Below, piece after piece: positions 38,469 to 49,700 of a stretch of DNA of 64,000 nt. Source of the stretch: Eledone cirrhosa (lineage: Eukaryota); contig OZ024754.1 of NCBI GenBank assembly GCA_964016885.1, forward strand, positions 10,850,001-10,914,000, written 5' to 3'. The notes below the pieces were generated by a model. It was not told the DNA's origin. It saw only the letters and a list, made by a program, of their open reading frames with translations, and ran no database searches. How positions within the stretch are numbered: the first letter of the stretch is position 1; each line of letters opens with the position of its first letter. Position numbers and translations under genes: made by a program.

Positions 38469-38760
38469 GTTTGTATTTGTAAAGCCAAAACAATGCAGGT
38501 ATGAATATAGAAAATAAATGCAAATGCAAAAGATATTGTTGACAATTAGTCTTTTACCTTAAATTTATTTAAATATCCTTAATTTTTGAGATAATATCTC
38601 TTCTTCAGAGGGAAGTAAAGTGGTTAAACCAGCGTTCTAAATAGCTTGCAGCTAAATAAATTTAAGTTAAAGACTAATTGTCAACACTATCTTTTGCGTT
38701 TGCATTTATATTCTATATCCATACCTGCATTGTTTTGGCTTTACAAATACAAACGTTTAT
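38463..38760. repeat. Fold-back inverted repeat, arms about 90 bp, next to (TA)n
   Basis: 38463-38553 is the reverse complement of 38669-38760; degenerate CTGAAGA core on the minus strand in the spacer. Confidence 0.85.
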
Positions 38761-38879
38761 ACCTTATTACACAATGCTTCAAGTGAACTATAACTTCCTC
38801 CATATATATATATATTGTAACCCATGTGCAACCACGCAGTATTCCTCTTCTCATGTTTTTTATATATATATATACGCGA

Positions 38880-39442
38880 ATGGCAAAGCATAAACAAATT
38901 GGGAGAGAGACTGAGCATAAGAATAATCAAATGCTGTGTGCAGGAGAGGTTACGTTGGTATGGAGATGTGATGCGCATGAAGGATGACAGCTGTATAAAA
39001 AGGTCCAGAGCACTAGAAGTCGATGGAAGCCACGGAGTGGGGAGACCCAAGAAGACCTGGGATGAGGTGATAAAAGCCAACCTTACCCAATTGCACCTCT
39101 CCAAGGCGATGACACAGGACCATGACCTCTGGCGTCATGCAGTAATACAGAAGACCCGACTTTCCACAGGAACGAACCGAAGCTGAAGCATATAGACAAT
39201 ATGCCCCCACCCCCTCCCACTGCAAAGTGGTTGTGGAGGTGCCACGGCAAAAAAGCACCCAGCACTCACTGTAAATGAGGTTGGTGTTAGGAAGGGCATC
39301 CAGCTGTAGAAATCCAGCCAGAATCAGTTCCCATATGAGAAAGACAAGGTCAACCGATTTGACACTGCCCACAAAAGGACAACCTGTCTAACCCATGCTA
39401 GCGTGGAAGAACAGACGTGAAACGGTGATGATGATGATGATG
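38880..39442 (+). mobile_element. RTE LINE 3' end
   Basis: RLRWYGDVMRM...GRPKKTWDEVIK...DHDLWR, 3' UTR and (GAT)n. Confidence 0.85.
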
Positions 39443-39591
39443 TGTGTGTGTGTGTGTGTTAAGTATTTCCATAGAAAAAGTAAAGGAAAGAAGAGCGCTC
39501 GGTGTATAGCACATCATCGCCATCATTGTTTAACGGCTATCTTCCACACTAGCATGGGTTTAGATGGGAATTGTCCATGTAATTAAATATA

Positions 39592-39623
<32 letters not shown>

Positions 39624-40908
39624 GATATATATATACATACAATAAAGTATGTCCATAGAATCATTTGATAAAATATATACACCATTTCCTCTCCCAATCA
39701 GTATAATCAACCACACAAAAAAACAATTAAACCAGGCTATAAGATTAAAAGACACCTATGAAGAAATAATATATATATATATAGAGAGCGGTGCCCCAGC
39801 ATGGCCTCAGCCGGATGGCTGAAACAGGTAAAAGAATAGTGGAATAAAATAACAAGGACACTTGGTTACTCCTTCATTACATTTATTGGTTGGTGACGCG
39901 CGTTTCGTCTGGGTATGTATATATATATATATACCTCCTATGGGTACAAGCTGAAGCATATAGACAATATGCACCCCCCCACCCCACCGCAAGGTGGTCG
40001 TGGAGGTGCCACGGCAAAAAAGCACCCAGCCCACACTGTAAAGTGGACGTGTAGGCGCCACGAAAAAGCACCCAGCACTCACTGTAAATGAGGTTGGTGT
40101 TAGGAAGGGCATCCAGCCGTAGAAATCAAGCCAGATCAGCTCCTGTATGAGCAAGGCATGGTCAGCCGACCAGACACTGCCCACAACAGGACAACCCGTC
40201 TAACCCATGCTAGCGTGGAAGAACGGACGTAAAACGGTGATGATGATGATGATATATATATATACACACACACAAACATTTTATTTTCTATGAACCATTG
40301 AGCAAGTTACAAATTTTTGAATTTAAATCTAATTTTAACTTAACAGCTTCAACATAATTTTGATAATGAAATATAGTCTAAACCTGACATAATTCCTTGG
40401 ATGGAAAAAAGTGAAAAGTGATCACATAGACATTTTTCAATGTCTGAATCTATGGTAGATGCCACCTAAATTGCTGCAAGTTGGGATTCAATGCAGAGTA
40501 ATGTGGTTGTAAAACAAACTTCTTAACTAAACCACCATTCCAATGTCCATTGATGATAATATAGTAAAACTGAGTGTTGTAGTATATAACTTTTTTTTTA
40601 CTATGATTGACTCTTTGTTTACATTCAGTGGTGGCATCAGTTATTAGCTGTCGAAACACTGCATCCTTTAAAACCTCCATGTTTCCTGAGATTCGCCAAC
40701 ACTACACCTAATACTCCCCCTCCATACACACGCACACATGTATATCATGATTCATATACTATTCACTTCCCTGACATTTGTACATTATTCTATGTACTAA
40801 ACATGCACCTTTGATGAGTTGTAGTGCACCTGAGCACTGTACACAATAATTTCATTATTATAAACTCAATTGTTATATATTTTTATATTGTTCATTGAAA
40901 TTTTTCAG

Positions 40909-41255
40909 TTATCCAAGAAGAAAAAACAGAAACAACAACAGAACAATCAACCAGAATAACTACCGCAAAACCATGGGGAGCGAAAATAACTACTACAAAA
41001 CCATGGGGAGTGAAAATAACTACCACAAAACCATGGGAAATATCAAATATGAGTGCGATTTCACTGTGTAAAGATAAAATAATTACTGAAACTACAATAC
41101 CACCTTGGATTTACAGTATCTTTGCATTACTCATTCTGATTTGCATTGTGTTGGCATGTGTGTGCTGGATTCTAAACAGAAGAAGGATGTATGTTAACAA
41201 CGAGAGCTTTATATATAACAAAAGTCTTCTGAAACATGAAAATATTGAAATTTGA
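40909..41255 (+). CDS. Exon O: Thr-rich stalk with 3x (R/K)ITT(A/T)KPW, TM helix WIYSIFALLILICIVLACVCWIL, NRRR stop-transfer and short tail
   Basis: TTTTTCAG acceptor in phase 1; either reads to TGA at 41253-41255 or splices at AT|GTATGT (41188). Confidence 0.88.
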
Positions 41256-41867
41256 TTAAAGATGAAGTTATCTTTTTTTATAGGAGAATTTTTGTTCATG
41301 TTTACAATGTTCTCCATGTCAAATAAAATAGATTAACTATATCCCTTCCAGCTGTCCGTGATCTCAATCTGCTAGAAATAGCAGCCAAATTACATGTTAT
41401 CATCTTAATCTTCCTGGCGCTCCAGGCGCCTTATGTTGCAGATAGAGTAATCCCACTTTAATACATAATGCAGTGTCAAGGGGTGTAATTCACAAAAAAA
41501 CAATTCAGCATGCTAAAGGTTAAATAAGTAAAAGATACATTAGTGTCTTTCTCTTGTTTAAAACCATAAGAAAAGAAGCAGGGAAAATGGCAGGAATGAA
41601 ATAGGGTTTCTCTTTCATTTCTGTCTCTAAGTGTGAAGAAACATGTAAAGTCTTAAAATGTTAAGTGTTAGATAATATAATAACAGCTACAATAAACTGC
41701 CCTGCTTATGATATTTACACTGCAAAAAAAATGAAGTGTTCTAAAACCACTTCAAATATCCAGTTGGGATCACATATTTTTTAACTTTGTTTCATATTTT
41801 GTGTTTATTTACAACTTCAATTGAATATTTTTTTACAAACTTTCTGGGTCTTCTTTTTCATTTTTAG

Positions 41868-41904
41868 TAAGGAAGACTGCATTTTCCTGTCAAGTTTGTA
41901 TTAA
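41868..41904 (+). CDS. Possible alternative terminal exon (IKEDCIFLSSLY*)
   Basis: Strong pyrimidine tract TTTTTAG acceptor; phase 2 matches the 41188 donor. Confidence 0.4.
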
Positions 41905-43326
41905 ATATATAAATCTTTATAAACTGTTACATTGTAGAAATGTGAATATCTATTATATTCCAGCCGTTGTAATATTTCATAAAACAACGGTCATACTGGA
42001 AAGGGGCCAATAAGAATTTATGTGTGTGTGACACACACATATAAATTCTTATCGTGTGTGTGTGTGTGAGAGAGAGATTGTGTGTGTAGTGATGATATCA
42101 GCAACACTGAAAAGTTTTTTTTTTTACTCATAGTAAAAGTTGTTTTTTTTACTGTAACAAGTCTTTATGGAAATAGTAAGTGTATATGCTTGTGTGTGTA
42201 GTGATGGTATCAGCAACACTGAAAAGTTATTTTTTTTAATCATGGACAATTATATTTTTTTAATCCCTTACTGTAACAAGTCTTTATGGAAATAGTATAT
42301 ATGTTTGTGTGTGAGAGAGAGAGACAGACAATTTTATTATTCATGTTTATATAACGTATAAATAAAATATATAAAATGTTATATTGATCTTTCATACTTG
42401 GTGGTTATTTTTAATTAAACTGTGGAATTTCCATGGGGTCAGCCAGTTAAATCTAAAATATATCAACAGTGAAATATCTTTTTTTATTTTTTTTATGGTA
42501 ATAATTCAATCTGAATGGAACAAAAAATTCTATCAGGCTAATCAAAAAGTTCGGAAACCAAGAAGACCAGATATAAATCTTATAAATAAACTAATAAACA
42601 AATTTCAGACATTCAATGTAGATTGATGATGAAACTAATCTAATCTGGCTGAGTTTACACTTGCAAATAAGAAGAACCAGGGCCACCCCTAGGAGCATTG
42701 GATTTAGTGTACTTCATATTTGTTTTGGTTGCTGAATACAATCAGGGGTCACTGCTTCTCCTGAAGGTCAATAGTTCTCTTCTATCTCGAGCGGGAGCAC
42801 CTTTCCATTGTCAATTTACATTGATCATCTGCAAAGCTGCATTGTTCTCAGAAGCACTACACCAGTCTTACGATGCGTGCAGCTGGAACTACTGCCATCC
42901 ATTGATTTGGCAGGATTTTTTTGGATTTTTTTAGATGGCCATTGACTCTTACGAGTTCTTCTGCTTTTTGTCAGGTTTTGTTTTTTGTCCTGCAGGGTGC
43001 CCAAAATCACCCTCCTCACCAAGTAAACTTGGTGGGGTTGCCGGTTTAGTTGCCGACACCCCGACCAATGAAACTAAGTCAAAACTTAGAGGTTCTTGTC
43101 AATTGTCTCTTCAGAATATTAAATTTGCACACAGCATACAGGTTATTGAGTACTCATTCATTAGAATATGAACGTTTTTATACAATGGTATTTTATACAC
43201 CCATTCTAATATATGCATACACACACATATATATGTATATTCCTTATTAGTACAGATTAAGAGTTTAAGCAAAGAATTTCTGCTTTCGCCTTAAGTGGGA
43301 TCATCTGATCTACGGGTTTGTATATA

Positions 43327-43358
<32 letters not shown>

Positions 43359-43435
43359 ACGAAGGAATTGTGGTAAGGAACCAGATGGACCATAACACAC
43401 CAGAGTACTCAATACTTGTGGTAGTAGAGTGGGTA

Positions 43436-43555
43436 ATAGGAAAAGGTATGACCCCGATGGCGGAACTCAAGCCGTTTCGACGGCTATTTCTGGACTCTAA
43501 GTCCAGAAATAGCCGTCGAAACGGTTTGAGCTCTGCCGTCGGGGTCATACCTTTT

Positions 43556-43562
<7 letters not shown>
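43436..43562. repeat. Near-perfect palindrome in a (TA)n-flanked element; related element at about 13565-13735
   Basis: ATAGGAAAAGGTATGACCCCGA...TCGGGGTCATACCTTTTCCTAT; flank 43375-43435 is similar to the reverse complement of 13671-13730. Confidence 0.85.
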
Positions 43563-43603
<41 letters not shown>

Positions 43604-44119
43604 CAACCCTTATTGAGTCCTCTACATTGAGTTCAAATGAAAAAGATATATGTATATATAGAGAGAAAGAGCCATATATTGTATAAGAAACACAGTATAT
43701 TGTATATATACCAAGAATGTGTACACAGGTGGAAATATATACCAAGAATGTGTACACAGGTGGAATCATATGTGAAACCTTATAGCGCTATTTCAAATAG
43801 AATTTTGTGTTGAGAAACACAAAATTCTAAACATATCTGATATGTTTTGATTCATTATTTGTATAAGGGCGGTGGATTGGCAGTATCGGTAGAGGGTCGG
43901 ACACCATGCTTTCCAGCATGGTTACGTCCCTTTACGATCTGAGTTCAAATCCCGCCGAGGTTGACTTTGCCTTTCATCCTTACGGGGTCGATAAAATAAA
44001 GTACCAGTAATGCACTGGGTATTTGCTGGCCTTGTGCCTAAAGTAGAAACAATTATTTGTATATTATATATATATAGAGAGAGATTACAGTAATCAAAGT
44101 TCAGTTTAAGTAATTTATT

Positions 44120-44166
44120 TGCTTACAATTGTTTCCTCCAAACCGAGGTTTGGATTCTTCGGAGCA
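44120..44166 (-). ncRNA. Minimal type I hammerhead motif with one core substitution (CCGAAGA)
   Basis: TGCT-CCGAAGA-ATCCAAACC(TC)GGTTTGGAG-GAAA-CAATTG-TA-AGCA; palindromic stem III ACAATTGT. Confidence 0.65.
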
Positions 44167-44654
44167 GTTATTTATAACATACTTGACCTCCTTTTCAACC
44201 CAAGAGACACATATATATATACGATATTAAACAAATGGAAACTATATTTATAAAACCATATTTATTTCATTATACATATTTCAGGGATACCATATAAATA
44301 TAGTTTCCATTTGTTTAATATCGTATATCTACTCCAAAACTTGTTGAGTGCTTTATATCAGTTATAAAATATTTACTCGTTGTAACCCAACAATTTTAAA
44401 TAAAACTTTTGCATATATATATATATATATATATATATGAAAAAGATATAGTTTTTTACAAAAACAATATTAAAAATTTTGAAACATAAGTAATTTATTA
44501 TAATACACAGTACAAAAGGTTATGTTTCATACTTCTTTGAAATATTTTTTCAAACAAGTATGAGTACAAAATCCTATTGTGTTAAAAATAATAATTACTC
44601 ATGAAGCAAATTATTCATTAAAGTAATTACCAAATACGTTTTTACATTAAATAT

Positions 44655-44699
44655 TGATTTACGAACGTTTCGTCCCGTTATTAGGACTTATCAAAATCA
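44655..44699 (-). ncRNA. Minimal type I hammerhead motif, U3-A8 variant core
   Basis: TGATT-TTGATAA-GTCC(TAATAACG)GGAC-GAAA-CGTTCG-TA-AATCA. Confidence 0.7.
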
Positions 44700-46237
44700 G
44701 TTATTTATAAGTAAACGTCTCATTATAAAACCCACCAAACCGCCCAACAACCAGCAGTCAGAGAATTTGTTTACATATAAAAAAGGTTATTACTCTCTAA
44801 TACTTGAAGACATCTGAATGAAAAGATAAAATATCAACCTAGAGAAGAAATTACACATATCAACCATAATCAAACATTACTTGATATATTTTCTATAGTA
44901 TTTTCACGGCGAAGGCTTTACCTCAAATAATATCGAATATATGAAATTTTAATATTATATATTTTGAGAACAATACCTTAACGTCAGGAGAGAGAGAGAG
45001 AGAGAGATCCAGAGACAGTGAAAGATTTAGAGAGAGAGAGAGAGAGAGTGAAAGAAAACGAGCAACAGAAAGAGAGATAGGTATGCTTAGTGACTTGAAC
45101 AAACAAACGTTAATTATAATTATTAGTATTCTTCTTGTATGCTTCTTTAAATATTACTAGCAGAAAACCCATCCTTGGGGTGGTTTTCTGCTAGCATGTG
45201 TAGTGTGTATATTGATATTATACGCAGGTATATATACATGTAGATATGTTACATCAAATAAAATCGTAATTGACAATATACACAGAAATTGAACGAAGAC
45301 GTTGTTACACTGTCTTATGTAATCAGTTACGTAATCCATGATACATTAAAAAAAGACGATATTATATATAAACTGCATTAGGAAAAAATTAGTGACAGAA
45401 AATTAGCATGTTTATTTAAGCGTTCGCCAACCGGAAGTGTTGACATTTCAGAATTTTTAAAGAAGTGAATCTATAAATAAACAAAATATATTTAATCAAC
45501 AACCACGAAATTTAGTAGATAAATTATGTAATATTCATAATTATTTATTCAAAGTAATCCAACTTATTTTACTAATGGGATAAACAATTATAAACCGGAC
45601 GCAGTCTCGCGCTCCGCCCTTTATTATAGAATAGATTCGAGACACTTCAAAAAATACATGTTTATAAGAAAAATAAATATAGATAAATAAAATCGCACGG
45701 ATTCAAATAAATAGATAAATATTATGATTTTAATCATTATTACTGTGAGTTTTAAATATTAGATAAACGTGTGTTATATTTTGTTTACAATATAGGCTTA
45801 ACAGATGCTAAATAAATTTAAATTATATATCGAGTAACATACATATATTGTATATTTAATAATAATTGTTTCTGCTATTGGCACAAGGCCAGCAATTATT
45901 CCAGTACATTACTGGTACTTTATGCTAAGGATGGCATCCGATTCTTTACCGATACTGCCATTTAATAATAATAATATCGATAAATAAATACGAAAAACAA
46001 TGGATATATAATATATATACTCACTAAATTACGTAACTGACCTTGTTACAATTTTCAATATAGAATTCTTAGGTTTCTGTACATGCTCTGGTGTCTGTGT
46101 AAATTAAACATAAAAATAAAAACACACACAGACACCCGGATGTAACACATGCGCAAACTAAGCACACAACACACACAAAAACAAGATGGCGTAGGACAGA
46201 ACAAAGGAGAGGCACAAAAACAAAGAAAATAATCCCA

Positions 46238-46280
46238 GTCACTGAAGAGGTCACAGAATGTGTGACGAAAGAACTTTGAC
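46238..46280 (+). ncRNA. Minimal type I hammerhead ribozyme motif
   Basis: GTCA-CTGAAGAG-GTCACA(GAATG)TGTGAC-GAAA-GAAC-TT-TGAC: 4-bp stem I, 6-bp stem II, very short stem III, CUU triplet. Confidence 0.72.
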
Positions 46281-46711
46281 AATATATGAACAACCGTCCG
46301 GTTGTGGAACCAACCAACCAGCCGGAAATTTATAAATTTAATTTATAATAAATTGGAGTGAAAGCAACTGGTGCATGTGTTTCTTATTGGCAACATGACC
46401 CTCCCAAAGTATAACAATATCGGTTTCAACACACGTTTTCAGATAAAGAATCTTGCTAAACAAATTCAGAAACGAAATATATATATATATATATGTGTGT
46501 ATGTATATATAAATGTTCAGAATACAATAAGTTATACTCGTTATTTTTACAAAATGGCTGAACATTTAATAAAGGAAATTGCTATATAAAGTTTATTATT
46601 CTATAATATTTATGACAATTATTTATTTCAATCAGTTTCCTACTGTGTTTCTGTTCCACTTTTGAGAACCAATTCTATTAACTGATGTTGTTTAGCCCCT
46701 GATAAACATTG

Positions 46712-49700
46712 TCAGACCCATGGGTAGGTGTATTCTGGTTGTGGTCATTCCTTTTCCTTACTGTGTTGGTCAACATTTATCAGACCCATGGGTAGGTGTA
46801 TTCTGGTTGTGGTCATTCCTTTTCCTTACTGTGTTGGTCAACATTTATCAGACCCATGGGTAGGAGTATTCTGGTTGTGGTCATTCCTTTTCCTTACTGT
46901 GTTGGTCAACATTTATCAGACCCATGGGTAGGAGTATTCTGGTTGTGGTCATTCCTTTTCCTTACTGTGTTGGTCAACATTTATCAGACCCATGGGTAGG
47001 AGTATTCTGGTTGTGGTCATTCCTTTTCCTTACTGTGTTGGTCAACATTTATCAGACCCATGGGTAGGAGTATTCTGGTTGTGGTCATTCCTTTTCCTTA
47101 CTGTGTTGGTCAACATTTATCAGACCCATGGGTAGGAGTATTCTGGTTGTGGTCATTCCTTTTCCTTACTGTGTTGGTCAACATTTATCAGACCCATGGG
47201 TAGGAGTATTCTGGTTGTGGTCGTTCCTTTTCCTTACTGTGTTGGTCAACATTTATCAGACCCATGGGTAGGAGTATTCTGGTTGTGGTCATTCCTTTTC
47301 CTTACTGTGTTGGTCAACATTTATCAGACCCATGGGTAGGAGTATTCTGGTTGTGGTCGTTCCTTTTCCTTACTGTGTTGGTCAACATTTATCAGACCCA
47401 TGGGTAGGAGTATTCTGGTTGGGGTCATTCCCTTTCCTTACTGTGTTGGTCAACATTTATCAGACCCATGGGTAGGAGTATTCTGGTTGTGGTCATTCCC
47501 TTTCCTTACTGTGTTGGTCAACATTTATCAGACCCATGGGTAGGAGTATTCTGGTTGTGGTCATTCCCTTTCCTTACTGTGTTGGTCAACATTTATCAGA
47601 CCCATGGGTAGGAGTATTCTGGTTGTGGTCATTCCCTTTCCTTACTGTGTTGGTCAACATTTATCAGACCCATGGGTAGGAGTATTCTGGTTGTGGTCAT
47701 TCCCTTTCCTTACTGTGTTGGTCAACATTTATCAGACCCATGGGTAGGAGTATTCTGGTTGTGGTCATTCCCTTTCCTTACTGTGTTGGTCAACATTTAT
47801 CAGACCCATGGGTAGGAGTATTCTGGTTGTGGTCATTCCCTTTCCTTACTGTGTTGGTCAACATTTATCAGACCCATGGGTAGGAGTATTCTGGTTGTGG
47901 TCATTCCCTTTCCTTACTGTGTTGGTCAACATTTATCAGACCCATGGGTAGGAGTATTCTGGTTGTGGTCATTCCCTTTCCTTACTGTGTTGGTCAACAT
48001 TTATCAGACCCATGGGTAGGAGTATTCTGGTTGTGGTCATTCCCTTTCCTTACTGTGTTGGTCAACATTTATCAGACCCATGGGTAGGAGTATTCTGGTT
48101 GTGGTCATTCCCTTTCCTTACTGTGTTGGTCAACATTTATCAGACCCATGGGTAGGAGTATTCTGGTTGTGGTCATTCCCTTTCCTTACTGTGTTGGTCA
48201 ACATTTATCAGACCCATGGGTAGGGGTATTCTGGTTGTGGTCGTTCCTTTTCCTTACTGTGTTGGTCAACATTTATCAGACCCATGGGTAGGAGTATTCT
48301 GGTTGTGGTCATTCCCTTTCCTTACTGTGTTGGTCAACATTTATCAGACCCATGGGTAGGAGTATTCTGGTTGTGGTCATTCCCTTTCCTTACTGTGTTG
48401 GTCAACATTTATCAGACCCATGGGTAGGAGTATTCTGGTTGTGGTCATTCCCTTTCCTTACTGTGTTGGTCAACATTTATCAGACCCATGGGTAGGAGTA
48501 TTCTGGTTGTGGTCATTCCTTTTCCTTACTGTGTTGGTCAACATTTATCAGACCCATGGGTAGGAGTATTCTGGTTGTGGTCATTCCTTTTCCTTACTGT
48601 GTTGGTCAACATTTATCAGACCCATGGGTAGGAGTATTCTGGTTGTGGTCATTCCCTTTCCTTACTGTGTTGGTCAACATTTATCAGACCCATGGGTAGG
48701 AGTATTCTGGTTGTGGTCATTCCCTTTCCTTACTGTGTTGGTCAACATTTATCAGACCCATGGGTAGGAGTATTCTGGTTGTGGTCATTCCCTTTCCTTA
48801 CTGTGTTGGTCAACATTTATCAGACCCATGGGTAGGGGTATTCTGGTTGTGGTCATTCCTTTTCCTTACTGTGTTGGTCAACATTTATCAGACCCATGGG
48901 TAGGAGTATTCTGGTTGTGGTCATTCCCTTTCCTTACTGTGTTGGTCAACATTTATCAGACCCATGGGTAGGAGTATTCTGGTTGTGGTCATTCCCTTTC
49001 CTTACTGTGTTGGTCAACATTTATCAGACCCATGGGTAGGGGTATTCTGGTTGTGGTCATTCCCTTTCCTTACTGTGTTGGTCAACATTTATCAGACCCA
49101 TGGGTAGGAGTATTCTGGTTGTGGTCATTCCTTTTCCTTACTGTGTTGGTCAACATTTATCAGACCCATGGGTAGGAGTATTCTGGTTGTGGTCATTCCT
49201 TTTCCTTACTGTGTTGGTCAACATTTATCAGACCCATGGGTAGGAGTATTCTGGTTGTGGTCATTCCCTTTCCTTACTGTGTTGGTCAACATTTATCAGA
49301 CCCATGGGTAGGAGTATTCTGGTTGTGGTCATTCCCTTTCCTTACTGTGTTGGTCAACATTTATCAGACCCATGGGTAGGAGTATTCTGGTTGTGGTCAT
49401 TCCCTTTCCTTACTGTGTTGGTCAACATTTATCAGACCCATGGGTAGGGGTATTCTGGTTGTGGTCATTCCTTTTCCTTACTGTGTTGGTCAACATTTAT
49501 CAGACCTATGGGTAGGAGTATTCTGGTTGTGGTCATTCCCTTTCCTTACTGTGTTGGTCAACATTTATCAGACCCATGGGTAGGAGTATTCTGGTTGGGG
49601 TCATTCCTTTTCCTTACTGTGTTGGTCAACATTTATCAGACCTATGGGTAGGAGTATTCTGGTTGTGGTCATTCCCTTTCCTTACTGTGTTGGTCAACAT

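Larger units (their letters stand above)
12525..41255 (+). other. Multi-exon gene: MIB/HERC2 + 4x CUB + Thr-rich stalk + TM single-pass membrane protein (5' exon(s) unresolved)
   Basis: 15 GT-AG exons join with matching phases and no stop (1916 nt); several N-glycosylation sequons (NDT, NIT, NNS, NET, NDS, NSS, NST). Confidence 0.85.

Noticed and set aside
42680-43120. GC-richer segment with short ORFs on both strands
   Set aside because: No recognisable domain or consistent splice sites; probably a decayed TE fragment
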